Of a DNA stretch of 64,000 nt, positions 1 to 13,100 are shown in pieces. The notes under the pieces are model-generated. The model was not told the origin of the DNA, searched no databases, and saw only the letters and a list, made by a program, of their open reading frames with translations. Source of the stretch: Eledone cirrhosa. Lineage: Eukaryota. The position numbers were made by a program, and so were the translations under genes. The stretch covers positions 113,150,001-113,214,000 of the forward strand of contig OZ024744.1 of assembly GCA_964016885.1 (NCBI GenBank), read 5' to 3'. The first letter of the stretch is position 1, and every line of letters begins with the position of its first letter.

Positions 1-3000
1 ACTTCAATGGTGAAGTCACTGCAGTGTTAGATGTAGTTAAGACTGTCATATATGTTAATGAAACACTTTAATGGTGAAGTCACTGCAGTGTTAGTCATAG
101 TTAAGACAGTCATATATGTTAATGAAACACTTTAATGGTGAAGTCACTGCAGTGTTAGTCATAGTTAAGACAGTCATATATGTTAATGAAACACTTCAAT
201 AGTGAAGTCACTGCAGTGTTAGATGTAGTTAAGACAGTCATATATGTTAATGAGAGACTTCAATGGTGAAGTCACTGCAGTGTTAGACATAGTTAAGACT
301 GTCATATATCCTAATGAGAGACTTCAATGGTGAAGTCACTGCAGTGTTAGATGTTGTTAAGACTGTCATATATCCTAATGAGATACTTCAATGGTGAAGT
401 CACTGCAGTGTTAGTCATAGTTAAGACTGTCATATATGTTAATGAGAGACTTCAATGGTGAAGTCACTGCAGTGTTAGATGTAGTTAAGACAGTCATATA
501 TGTTAATGAAACACTTTAATGGTGAAGTCACTGCAGTGTTAGACATAGTTAAGACAGTCATATATCCTAATGAGAGACTTCAATGGTGAAGTCACTGCAG
601 TGTTAGATGTAGTTAAGACTGTCATATATCCTAATGAGAGACTTCAATGGTGAAGTCACTGCAGTGTTAGACATAGTTAAGACTGTCATATATCCTAATG
701 AGAGACTTCAATGGTGAAGTCACTGCAGTGTTAGATGTAGTTAAGACTGTCATATATCCTAATGAGAGACTTCAATGGTGAAGTCACTGCAGTGTTAGAC
801 ATAGTTAAGACAGTCATATATGTTAATGAGAGACTTCAATGGTGAAGTCACTGCAGTGTTAGACATAGTTAAGACAGTCATATATCCTAATGAGAGACTT
901 CAATGGTGAAGTCACTGCAGTGTTAGACATAGTTAAGACTGTCATATATCCTAATGAGAGACTTCAATGGTGAAGTCACTGCAGTGTTAGACATAGTTAA
1001 GACTGTCATATATCCTAATGAGAGACTTCAATGGTGAAGTCACTGCAGTGTTAGACATAGTTAAGACTGTCATATATCCTAATGAGAGACTTCAATGGTG
1101 AAGTCACTGCAGTGTTAGACATAGTTAAGACTGTCATATATCCTAATGAGAGACTTCAATGGTGAAGTCACTGCAGTGTTAGATGTAGTTAAGACAGTCA
1201 TATATGTTAATGAGAGACTTCAATGGTGAAGTCACTGCAGTGTTAGACATAGTTAAGACTGTCATATATCCTAATGAGAGACTTCAATGGTGAAGTCACT
1301 GCAGTGTTAGACATAGTTAAGACTGTCATATATCCTAATGAGAGACTTCAATGGTGAAGTCACTGCAGTGTTAGACATAGTTAAGACTGTCATATATCCT
1401 AATGAGAGACTTCAATGGTGAAGTCACTGCAGTGTTAGATGTAGTTAAGACTGTCATATATCCTAATGAGAGACTTCAATGGTGAAGTCACTGCAGTGTT
1501 AGACATAGTTAAGACTGTCATATATCCTAATGAGAGACTTCAATGGTGAAGTCACTGCAGTGTTAGATGTAGTTAAGACTGTCATATATCCTAATGAGAG
1601 ACTTCAATGGTGAAGTCACTGCAGTGTTAGACATAGTTAAGACTGTCATATATCCTAATGAGAGACTTCAATGGTGAAGTCACTGCAGTGTTAGATGTAG
1701 TTAAGACTGTCATATATCCTAATGAGAGACTTCAATGGTGAAGTCACTGCAGTGTTAGACATAGTTAAGACAGTCATATATGTTAATGAGAGACTTCAAT
1801 GGTGAAGTTACTGCAGTGTTAGACATAGTTAAGACAGTCATATATGTTAATGAAACACTTTAATGGTGAAGTCACTGCAGTGTTAGTCATAGTTAAGACA
1901 GTCATATATGTTAATGAAACACTTCAATAGTGAAGTCACTGCAGTGTTAGATGTAGTTAAGACAGTCATATATGTTAATGAGAGACTTCAATGGTGAAGT
2001 CACTGCAGTGTTAGACATAGTTAAGACTGTCATATATCCTAATGAGAGACTTCAATGGTGAAGTCACTGCAGTGTTAGATGTTGTTAAGACTGTCATATA
2101 TCCTAATGAGATACTTCAATGGTGAAGTCACTGCAGTGTTAGTCATAGTTAAGACTGTCATATATGTTAATGAGAGACTTCAATGGTGAAGTCACTGCAG
2201 TGTTAGATGTAGTTAAGACAGTCATATATGTTAATGAAACACTTTAATGGTGAAGTCACTGCAGTGTTAGACATAGTTAAGACAGTCATATATCCTAATG
2301 AGAGACTTCAATGGTGAAGTCACTGCAGTGTTAGATGTAGTTAAGACTGTCATATATCCTAATGAGAGACTTCAATGGTGAAGTCACTGCAGTGTTAGAC
2401 ATAGTTAAGACTGTCATATATCCTAATGAGAGACTTCAATGGTGAAGTCACTGCAGTGTTAGATGTAGTTAAGACTGTCATATATCCTAATGAGAGACTT
2501 CAATGGTGAAGTCACTGCAGTGTTAGACATAGTTAAGACTGTCATATATCCTAATGAGAGACTTCAATGGTGAAGTCACTGCAGTGTTAGACATAGTTAA
2601 GACTGTCATATATCCTAATGAGAGACTTCAATGGTGAAGTCACTGCAGTGTTAGACATAGTTAAGACTGTCATATATCCTAATGAGAGACTTCAATGGTG
2701 AAGTCACTGCAGTGTTAGATGTAGTTAAGACAGTCATATATGTTAATGAGAGACTTCAATGGTGAAGTCACTGCAGTGTTAGACATAGTTAAGACTGTCA
2801 TATATCCTAATGAGAGACTTCAATGGTGAAGTCACTGCAGTGTTAGACATAGTTAAGACTGTCATATATCCTAATGAGAGACTTCAATAGTGAAGTCACT
2901 GCAGTGTTAGACATAGTTAAGACTGTCATATATCCTAATGAGAGACTTCAATGGTGAAGTCACTGCAGTGTTAGATGTAGTTAAGACTGTCATATATCCT

Positions 3001-3590
3001 AATGAGAGACTTCAATGGTGAAGTCACTGCAGTGTTAGACATAGTTAAGACTGTCATATATCCTAATGAGAGACTTCAATGGTGAAGTCACTGCAGTGTT
3101 AGATGTAGTTAAGACTGTCATATATCCTAATGAGAGACTTCAATGGTGAAGTCACTGCAGTGTTAGACATAGTTAAGACTGTCATATATCCTAATGAGAG
3201 ACTTCAATGGTGAAGTCACTGCAGTGTTAGATGTAGTTAAGACTGTCATATATCCTAATGAGAGACTTCAATGGTGAAGTCACTGCAGTGTTAGACATAG
3301 TTAAGACAGTCATATATGTTAATGAGAGACTTCAATGGTGAAGTCACTGCAGTGTTAGTCATAGTTAAGACTGTCATATATCCTAATGAGAGACTTCAAT
3401 GGTGAAGTCACTGCAGTGTTAGTCATAGTTAAGACAGTCATATATCCTAATGAGAGACTTCAATGGTGAAGTCACTGCAGTGTTAGTCATAGTTAAGACT
3501 GTCATATATGTTAATGAGAGACTTCAATGGTGAAGTCACTGCAGTGTTAGACATAGTTAAGACAGTCATATATGTTAATGAAACACTTTA
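1..3590. repeat. 64-bp minisatellite, at least ~56 copies (runs off window start)
   Basis: Unit acttcaatggtgaagtcactgcagtgttagacatagttaagactgtcatatatcctaatgagag; identical register at 1 and 961 (15x64); no unique spacers. Confidence 0.98.
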
Positions 3591-4260
3591 ATGCACCTGT
3601 CGGCACTGAATATTTGACCTGGAAAGGAGTGATTGGAAGGAATGGTGACCCCAATCTAAATATGAATGGAGATGCCTTATTAGACTCCTGTTCTGGCAAT
3701 GGACTCTCTATTTTGAACACCTTCTTCCAACACAGAGACATCCGTGGTAGAAGGACAGAGATCAATGATTGATTTTGTTATTGATTTTGTTATTGTCTCT
3801 GATCTCTCTGATTCTGTGCTAGATGTTCATGTTAATGAAGAGGCTGAGCTGTCAACTGATCACCATCTAGTTATTGGCAATTTGAGACTACCTAAAGCCA
3901 AGGAAGCCCACAAAACTAGCAGCCCCAGGACGATCTACAGGATATAGTGGAAAGCATTGGTGGATAAGGAAGTCAGGACCTGGTATACAGATACTATTGC
4001 ATCAAAATTCAGAAAACTCCCTGAGCAAACAGAGAAATGGAATGGAGATTGTTCAGCTTGGTAGTTTCTGCTTCAACTATTAAATGCTATGGGTGAAAGA
4101 GGCTCGGTTTGGCACTGGATGGCAGGAGAACCCTTTGTTCAATCAAGGGGTCAAAAATGCCATCTAAGCGAAAAAGGAGGTTTATAAAGCTTGGCTTGGA
4201 AATAAGTCATTCTTTTGGCACTTGTGGCACTTATAATAAAGAATGAGTGACCAGGGAATA
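3540..4260 (+). mobile_element. Decayed RTE-clade (Rex3/Expander-like) LINE, AP-endonuclease region
   Basis: Frameshifted peptides HFNAPVG..WKGVIGRNGDPNLN..GLSILNTFFQHR and SMIDFVIVS..ELSTDHHLV are EEP endonuclease motifs. Confidence 0.85.
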
Positions 4261-4363
4261 TAACAACCTAATTTTGACATCTTTTTCTGTGTCTCAAGTA
4301 CAGGACTGTACACTCTCTCCAACTCAGTAATGTAGCGTAATTTAGGGTAGTGGTAGTACTTAC

Positions 4364-4435
4364 ATATTTTGATGTTAAACTAGCAGCACTAATGTTGAAG
4401 AATGTAGCGTTAGATTCATTAGCCACAGCTTTTGC
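4364..4435 (-). CDS. SPAST: Spastin exon (72 bp) AKAVANESNATFFNISAASLTSKY
   Basis: Acceptor tgcag| and donor |gtaagt; phase 0-0; near-identical to the spastin AAA domain up to pore loop 1. Confidence 0.95.
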
Positions 4436-4681
4436 CTGCAATAAAAACACAAATAGGAAAGAAGGAATTTAAAATTTTACAAAACGAAGTTTAAATCCAA
4501 TTTTAAAAATAATTTTGTTTTTCTGAATTCATTGTTCATCATGTGAAAAGAAGGTCTTTAACTTGAAATATTTAGGGTAAACATATTTAGTTTTACCCCA
4601 TTTCCATCTCTATATATCTATCTATATTATACCAACTTTCCCCAACACTCTTTATTATTTCTAGCATATGCCATAATGCTT

Positions 4682-6440
4682 CATCATCATCGTTTTACGT
4701 CCCTTCTTCCACGCTAGCATGGGCTAGATGGGTTGTCCTGTTGTGGGCAGTGTCCGATCAGCTGACCTTGTCTTGCTCATACAGGAACTGATTCTGGCTT
4801 GATTTCTACACCAACCTCATTTACAGTGAGTGCTGGGTGCTTTTTTCCGTGGCACCTACACGTCCACATTCCAGTGTGGACTGGGTGCTTTTTTGCTGTG
4901 GCACCTCCACGACCACTTTGCAGTGGGAGGGGGTGGCGGTGTATTGTCTATATGCTTCAGCTTCGGCTTGTACCCGTGGGAAGTCGGGTCTTCTGTATTA
5001 CTGCCTGACGCCAGAGGTCACAGTCCTGTGTCATCGCCTTTGAGAGGTGTAATTGGGCAAGGTCGGCTTTTATCACCTCCTCCCAGGTCTTCTTGGGTCT
5101 CCCCACTCCACGGTTTCCATTGACTTGTAGTATTCTGCACCTTTTTATGCGGCTGTCATCCTTCATACGCATCACATGTCCATACCAATGTAACCGCTCC
5201 TGCACACAGCATTTGATTCCTCTTATGCTCAGACTCTCTCTCAATTCGTTTATGCTTTGCCGTTCATGTATATTACTATTACACATCCATCGGAACATAC
5301 AGGCTTCATTTCTTTCTAATCTACGCAAGTCTACACACAGTGCCCAGGTCTCATTACCATGTAACATTGTTGTTTGTATACACGCATCATACAGTCTGCC
5401 TTTCATTTTGAGGGAAAAGCCTTTTGCAGCTAGCAGTGGTAGTAGCTCCCTGAACTTCTTCCATCCCGTTCTTACCCTAGTTATTGTACTTTCTGAACAC
5501 CCACCTCCGCTGCTAATTCAGTCACCTAGGTAGCAGAAGCTGTCTACTGTTTCTACAGAGCCCTCCCAGAGATTGGTGGTACTTGTTTCCTGTGGCTGTT
5601 TGCTGCTTGCTGTCCCAGCACAGCTGCAACATGTGAAGCCTACATTCTTAGTTAAGCTTCCCGAGATCCCACTACATCTCTTGTGTACCCATTGTTTGCA
5701 TTTGGGGCAGAGAATGGAGTTCCTACCTACACCTTTCCTACATACTGAGCAAGGCCATTTCCCTGAGGGGATCTGGGTTCTGTTTTCTCGTCTACTTACA
5801 AGAACCTTAGTCTTTGTCAGGTTTATTTTGAGACCCTTTTTTTCTAGTCCCTGCTTTCATGTTTGGAATTTCTTCTCTAGTTCCACCATAGATTCATCTA
5901 TAAGTGCGAGATCATCCACCTATAGGAGTTCCTACAGGCGTCCGGTCTTAAACTCCTCCGTTATTGCCTGCAAAACTATAATGAACAGTGGACACCGACC
6001 TGTATGCTAAATTCCTCGCTATAGTCATTGCTAACTAACTTTGCTGACTGCTCCCCTAAACATGGCTTGTACAGCTTTCACAAGCTATTCATCTACTAAT
6101 TTTCTAAGAGCCTACTAGATTATAGCACGGGGTACTCTGTCGAAAGCTTTTTACAGATCAACGAATGCCAGGTAGAACGGCTTACTTTTAGCTAGGTACT
6201 TTTCCTGTAACTGCCTCACAAGGAAGAGGGCATCAGTGGTGCCTCCTCCTGGTACAAACCCAAATTACATCTCATCTACTTTCACCTGGTCCCTAATCAA
6301 CTGTGCTATAACTCTTTCCGTTACTTTCATGACCAGGTCCATCAGCTTTATACCTCTATAGTTTCCTCTATCTAGTGCCTCACCTTTACCCTTGTAGCAG
6401 TTGACAATGATGCTGCTGCACCAACCCTTTGGTATGATAC
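4682..6440 (-). mobile_element. 5'-truncated decayed RTE LINE (RT, C-terminal region, 3' UTR ending in (GAT)n)
   Basis: ORF 4957-5406 [29 protein letters not shown]; RT remnants to ~6440; same family as 28660-30780. Confidence 0.9.
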
Positions 6441-7119
6441 ATATATAAAAAAAAATACTTAGTGTATATATATTGTCCTTTTACATCTTTTACTGGTTTC
6501 AGTAATTAGACTACAGCCCCCCCCCATACTTCCCCTACATACCCCTATCTAACCCAAGCAAACATGGGAAATAGACATTAAACAGTGATGACATCATTAT
6601 GATCTTTTAACTTCTTGTTTTTAGACAATCAGGTGACCATGTCATGCTCACACTGATATGTATTTTAGCAGGATTTCTATAGTTGGATACCCTTCCTAAC
6701 ACCAGCCACATTACGGGGTGAACTGGGTGTTTTTGTTTTCTTATGAAACCCGCTCTACCACCTTACAAGGTGGACTGGGTACTTTTTGTCGTGTCACCAG
6801 CACTACCACCTTACAAGGTGAACTGGGTACTTTTTGTCGTGTCACCAGCATTGACTTGCCTTTTGTTTTTATTTCTTTTTTCCAATATTTTATGACATTA
6901 AATTTTGAACAATCCACAATTCATTGAAAAGCAAAAAAAAAACAAACCTTATTTAGTAAGAAAAAATAAACATTAAATTGTCTATTTGATGTAATAAACT
7001 GTAATTTTAACTAATTTTTTTGTAATATTTTAGAAAATTTAGTTTGAAATCTCACCCGAAATGTTCATGCATTTATTTACATTACTTATAAACTTAGAAT
7101 AAATTTTGTACATCAATTC

Positions 7120-7505
7120 ACATTGCAACTACTATCATCTCAGAGCACCCTCCCCAACTAATTAGATCACCTAGGTAACAGAAGCTATCAACTACTTCTA
7201 TCGTACCTCTGTTGTCAACAGAGGTAGTAGATCCCTAAACTTTTCCCATCCTGTCCTCATTCTAGCAACTATGTTCTCAGAACAACCTCCTCCACAACTA
7301 ATTAGGACACCTAAGTAGCAGAATCTAACAACTACTTCTATGTTACCTTCCTGAGATTGGAAAAGCTTATTTCACTAATACTCTTATTACTAATTTTCCC
7401 TATACATCTACCTACAAAGTCTACCTTTTCTGTTAGTCAACCTGATATCCCACTACACCTCTTGTGTAGCCAAGATTTATATTGTATGCATTGTATAGAA
7501 TTACT
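7120..7505 (-). mobile_element. Short RTE RT fragments
   Basis: Minus-strand VDSFCYLGD and WLHKRCSGI-like remnants. Confidence 0.6.
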
Positions 7506-7615
7506 ATATATACATGAAAGACAAAGCCTGGATGAGCAAAGAAAAAATGGATTTAAGAAGGCTCTGATGTAGTGTGCAGGAAAGTTAACTGTTAAAAAGG
7601 TAAAATGTAACTTAC

Positions 7616-7690
7616 CAACATGGTTTTACCATTTCCTGGGGGCCCAAAGAGTAATAAACCTCGTGCAGGCGCTCTTAGTCCAGTAAAAAG
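7616..7690 (-). CDS. SPAST: Spastin exon (75 bp) [25 protein letters not shown], Walker A
   Basis: Acceptor ttcag| and donor |gtaagt; Walker A GPPGNGKT; phase 0-0. Confidence 0.97.
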
Positions 7691-8727
7691 CTGAAACCAT
7701 ACAAAAAAACAAAACAAAACAATGAGACAGGAAATGAAAAGAAACCATTTTCAAACATATTAAGTTTCTCTTCAATTGCAAATATGGGGGATTCTAAATG
7801 GTAATTTAGTTTCGAAACAATTTTGACCTTTTTGGTACCAACTGGACCCCTAAACCAGCTCTGGGTCTATGAAACGCAACCTCACATTTTAAAGAGTTCC
7901 TACTTAATTCTTTGAACACAAACCTGACTACAAAACCAACTCTGGTTCTAGGAAACAACTACACGTCTTAAAGAGTTTCTATTTAATTAAAAATCTTCTA
8001 AGATAGTTTTATATAAGAACCATGTTAAGTTACTACCTTAGTAATGAATTAATAATTTCAGTAAAACCCTGAAAAATGTTCATTAACTCTTTTGCTACCA
8101 ACCGCAGCAAAGCCAGCACTGCTTCTACAAAACAAAACCACACACTCTAAAGGGTTCCTATTTAATATATATCTCACAAATACTACCATAATAATTATTT
8201 CTAAAATTGATACATGCAAGTAATTCTGTAAATTGAACCCAGTACTTGACTGGTACTTTATCAACCTTAACAAATAACACAAATACTGCCAATATATTTA
8301 CCCTTATACCATCTTAATGAAATAATAATTTTAGTAAATCCCTCTAAATATTTCCTTAATTGTTTGAGGCAGTATGTTTCATTAGAAATTGGTTAAGAAT
8401 GGGTTAAATAAAGTCAGCAGTCACACTGGGTACATCAGTCGCACTTAGTACAGCAGTCACACTGGGTACATCAGTCACACATGGTACACCAGTCACAGTT
8501 GATACAGCAATCAGACTGGATACAGCAGTCACATATCCTTACTTTTGCTATTTAATTTTGTTTTCTCTTTCTTTTTCGTGTTTTTTGTTTTGTTTTTAAA
8601 TATGCAAACATTGGTGAACTCTAAATTTCCACCCATAGCAAAGGTTTCTTTCTTTGTGGTTGTATACAGATTATTTCAAAATCAGAGGAGAAAACTAGAA
8701 AGGTGATCAAGTAGCAAAGATATTTAC

Positions 8728-8792
8728 CTCAGGTCGTAGCGATGGTAAAATAACTATTTCTTGCAGAGCTTGTTTAGCAATTTGTTGTCCAG
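8728..8792 (-). CDS. SPAST: Spastin exon (65 bp) (A)[21 protein letters not shown]
   Basis: Acceptor ttttag| and donor |gtaaat; phase 1-0; joins the G of the previous exon to give GCT (Ala). Confidence 0.95.
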
Positions 8793-9293
8793 CTAAAAAA
8801 TAAAAAAAATGGATGTAATGTTAATGAGGAGGGAATGAGAGGCAGACTACCCGCCTGTCAAGGTGGTATGTCTCATCTGTACCATATAATAGTGAAGATA
8901 GAGAACAACCAGCAACACCCACTGCCTTATCCACTCAACCTCAGAGATTACTTTCCTTAGACAAGATGCACTCTTCTCTATTTGGTGGAGAAAAAAATCA
9001 GTTCAAGGACACAAGGTTTTTATAGTGAACCATAAACGAAAAGGAGGCAATTGATCAGATCCCAGTATTTAGCTGTCTTCTTTTCACACACACACACACA
9101 CATTAAATTCCATTATAGCGAAAACCATTATGACAAATTTTTCAGTATAAAGAAATTTTTTCCATTCCCTGCCACACGGTCAATGTGTTAGGTCGATCTC
9201 ATTATGAAAGATTTTTCGTTACCGTTACAACAAATTTTTTTTATACCCTGTGAATTATGTTGTATCGGAATTTTAATGTATATCATTATTATT

Positions 9294-9487
9294 GTGGATT
9301 GGCAGTATCGGTAGAGGGTCGGACGCCATGCTTTCCAGCATAGTTACGTCCCTTTACGATCTGAGTTCAAATCCCGCCGAGGTTGACTTTGCCTTTCATC
9401 CTTACGGGGTCGATAAAATAAAGTACCAGTAACGCACTGGGTAATTGCTGGCCTTGTGCCTAAAGTAGAAACAATTATTATTATTAC
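9294..9487 (+). mobile_element. tRNA-derived SINE family A (core gcctttcatccttacggggtcgataaaata resembles the Meta-SINE core)
   Basis: A-box-like tggcagtatcggt, B-box gagttcaaatcc, (ATT)n tail; many copies in window. Confidence 0.85.
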
Positions 9488-9542
9488 TATATATCATTAT
9501 TATTATTACTATATATATATGTATGATATATATATATATAGT

Positions 9543-10150
9543 AATAATAATAATGATTTCTTTATTGGCCACAAGGGCTGACATCAAGAAAAACATTACA
9601 GACGGTACAGGACGGTACGATGTGGGTTTTGTTTGCGTAAAGATTTTTATTATTTATATAAGAAAAGAAAAAGACATAGAAACATATATATATATATATA
9701 TAAACAATAAAAATGAAAATTGAAACAATGAAAAATTCCCCAATAGGGGGGGAAACTTCCAAGGGTTACTCGTGGCGAAAATCACACAAAAGACCACGGC
9801 CACCCTGACCACCAGGGCAAGCGCCCTCTCTCAAACTACAGATGTATATTCAGAGCGGTCCCGTTCACTCGGACCATTCTCGCTACATTCACCCACCTTT
9901 CAACAAACTTGCTAGAAGGCAGCACTTGCCTCTCCACCCTGATTTTCCTCTTGAGGTGAAACTTGAAGAGGAAAGTGCCTGTCTTTAACCCTTTCAACCT
10001 TGTCCACCACACAATCTCTTTCGCCATGGCCACCAAGCAGATGAAAACCGCCTGCCCTTCCTCATCGAAGGAAGACGGTGAGACCATCTGCACAATGGAC
10101 TCAGTCGATAACCGGATCAGTCCTACATGCGACAGCAACTGTTCGACATA
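9543..10150 (-). mobile_element. 5'-truncated 3' end of Tx1/L1-like element
   Basis: ORF 9836-10138 aligns with the C-terminus of ORF2 at 40717; shared 3' end aataaagaaatc(att)n. Confidence 0.9.
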
Positions 10151-13100
10151 GGAAAGAATCTCTGAATTGAGAGATCACAGCTCTGATACTATGACATGTG
10201 GTTAGAATGTCTCAGGAAAGAATCTCTGAATTGAGACATCACAGCTCTGATACTATGACATGTGGTTAGAATGTCTCAGGAAAGAATCTCTGAATTGAGA
10301 GATCACAGCTCTGATACTATGACATGTGGTTAGAATGTCGCAGGAAAGAATCCCTGAATTGAGAGATCACAGCTCTGATACTACAGACATGGAGTTAGAA
10401 TGTCTCAGGAAAGAATCTCTGAATTGAGAGACCACAGCTCTGATACTACAGACATGTGGTTAGAATGTCTCAGGAAAGAATCTCTGAATTGAGAGATCAC
10501 AGCTCTGATACTATGTACATGTGGTTAGAATGTCTCAGGAAAGAATCTCTGTATTGAGAGATCACAGCTCTGATACTATGGACATGTGGTTAGAATGTCT
10601 CAGGAAAGAATCTCTGAATTGAGAGACCACAGCTCTGATACTATGACATGTGGTTAGAATGTCTCAGGAAAGAATCTCTGAATTGAGAGACCACAGCTCT
10701 GATACTACAGACATGTGGTTAGAATGTCTCAGGAAAGAATCTCTGAATTGAGAGATCACAGCTCTGATACTACAGACATGTGGTTAGAATGTCTCAGGAA
10801 AGAATCTCTGAATTGAGAGATCACAGCTCTGATACTATGACATGTGGTTAGAATGTCTCGGGAAAGAATCTCTGAATTGAGAGATCACAGCTCTGATACT
10901 ATGACATGTGGTTAGAATGTCTCAGGAAAGAATCTCTGAATTGAGAGATCACAGCTCTGATACTATGACATGTGGTTAGAATGTCTCAGGAAAGAATCTC
11001 TGAATTGAGAGATCACAGCTCTGATACTACAGACATGTGGTTAGAATGTCTCAGGAAAGAATCTCTGAATTGAGAGGTCACAGCTCTGATACTACAGACA
11101 TGTGGTTAGAATGTCTCGGGAAAGAATCTCTGAATTGAGAGATCACAGCTCTGATACTACAGACATGTGGTTAGAATGTCTCAGGAAAGAATCTCTGAAT
11201 TGAGAGATCACAGCTCTGATACTACAGACATGTGGTTAGAATGTCTCAGGAAAGAATCTCTGAATTGAGAGGTCACAGCTCTGATACTACAGACATGTGG
11301 TTAGAATGTCTCGGGAAAGAATCTCTGAATTGAGAGATCACAGCTCTGATACTACAGACATGTGGTTAGAATGTCTCAGGAAAGAATCTCTGAATTGAGA
11401 GGTCACAGCTCTGATACTACAGACATGTGGTTAGAATGTCTCGGGAAAGAATCTCTGAATTGAGAGATCACAGCTCTGATACTACAGACATGTGGTTAGA
11501 ATGTCTCAGGAAAGAATCTCTGAATTGAGAGATCACAGCTCTGATACTATGGACATGTGGTTAGAATGTCTCAGGAATGAATCTCTGAATTGAGAGATCA
11601 CAGCTCTGATACTACAGACATGTGGTTAGAATGTCTCAGGAAAGAATCTCTGAATTGAGAGATCATAGCTCTGATATTATGACATGTGGTTAGAATGTCT
11701 CAGGAAAGAATCTCTGAATTGAGAGATCACAGCTCCAGTACTATGGACATGTGGTTAGAATGTCTCAGGAAAGAATCTCTGAATTGAGAGATCACAGCTC
11801 TGATACTATGACATGTGGTTAGAATGTCTCAGGAAAGAATCTCTGAATTGAGAGATCACAGCTCTGATACTATGACATGTGGTTAGAATGTCTCAGGAAA
11901 GAATCTCTGAATTGAGAGATCACAGCTCTGATACTACAGACATGTGGTTAGAATGTCTCAGGAATGAATCTCTGAATTGAGAGGTCACAGCTCTGATACT
12001 ACAGACATGTGGTTAGAATGTCTCAGGAAAGAATCTGAATTGAGAGATCACAGCTCTGATACTACAGACATGTGGTTAGAATGTCTCAGGAAAGAATCTC
12101 TGAATTGAGAGATCACAGCTCTGATACTATGGACATGTGGTTAGAATGTCTCAGGAAAGAATCTCTGAATTGAGAGATCACAGCTCTGATACTATGGACA
12201 TGTGGTTAGAATGTCTCAGGAAAGAATCTCTGAATTGAGAGATCACAGTTCTGATACTATGGACATGTGGTTAGAATGTCTCAGGAAAGAATCTCTGAAT
12301 TGAGAGATCACAGCTCTGATACTATGACATGTGGTTAGAATGTCTCAGGAAAGAATCTCTGAATTGAGAGATCACAGCTCTGATACTACAGACATGGGGT
12401 TAGAATGTCTCAGGAAAGAATCTCTGAATTGAGAGATCACAGCTCTGATACTATGGACATGTGGTTAGAATGTCTCAGGAAAGAATCTCTGAATTGAGAG
12501 ATCACAGCTCTGATACTACAGACATGGGGTTAGAATGTCTCAGGAAAGAATCTCTGAATTGAGAGATCACAGCTCTGATACTATGTACATGTGGTTAGAA
12601 TGTCTCAGGAAAGAATCTCTGAATTGAGAGATCACAGCTCTGATACTACAGACATGTGGTTAGAATGTCTCAGGAATGAATCTCTGAATTGAGAGGTCAC
12701 AGCTCTGATACTACAGACATGTGGTTAGAATGTCTCAGGAAAGAATCTGAATTGAGAGATCACAGCTCTGATACTACAGACATGTGGTTAGAATGTCTCA
12801 GGAAAGAATCTCTGAATTGAGAGATCACAGCTCTGATACTATGGACATGTGGTTAGAATGTCTCAGGAAAGAATCTCTGAATTAAGAGATCACAGCTCTG
12901 ATACTATGGACATGTGGTTAGAATGTCTCAGGAAGAAATCTCTGAATTGAGAGATCACAGTTCTGATACTATGGACATGTGGTTAGAATGTCTCAGGAAA
13001 GAATCTCTGAATTGAGAGATAACAGTTCTGATACTATGGACATGTGGTTAGAATGTCTCAGGAAAGAATCTCTGAATTGAGAGATCACAGCTCTGATACT

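Noticed and set aside
1-3590. CRISPR-like array (regular period, palindrome cactgcagtg)
   Set aside because: No unique spacers, no cas genes, eukaryotic context; the same applies to the other three arrays
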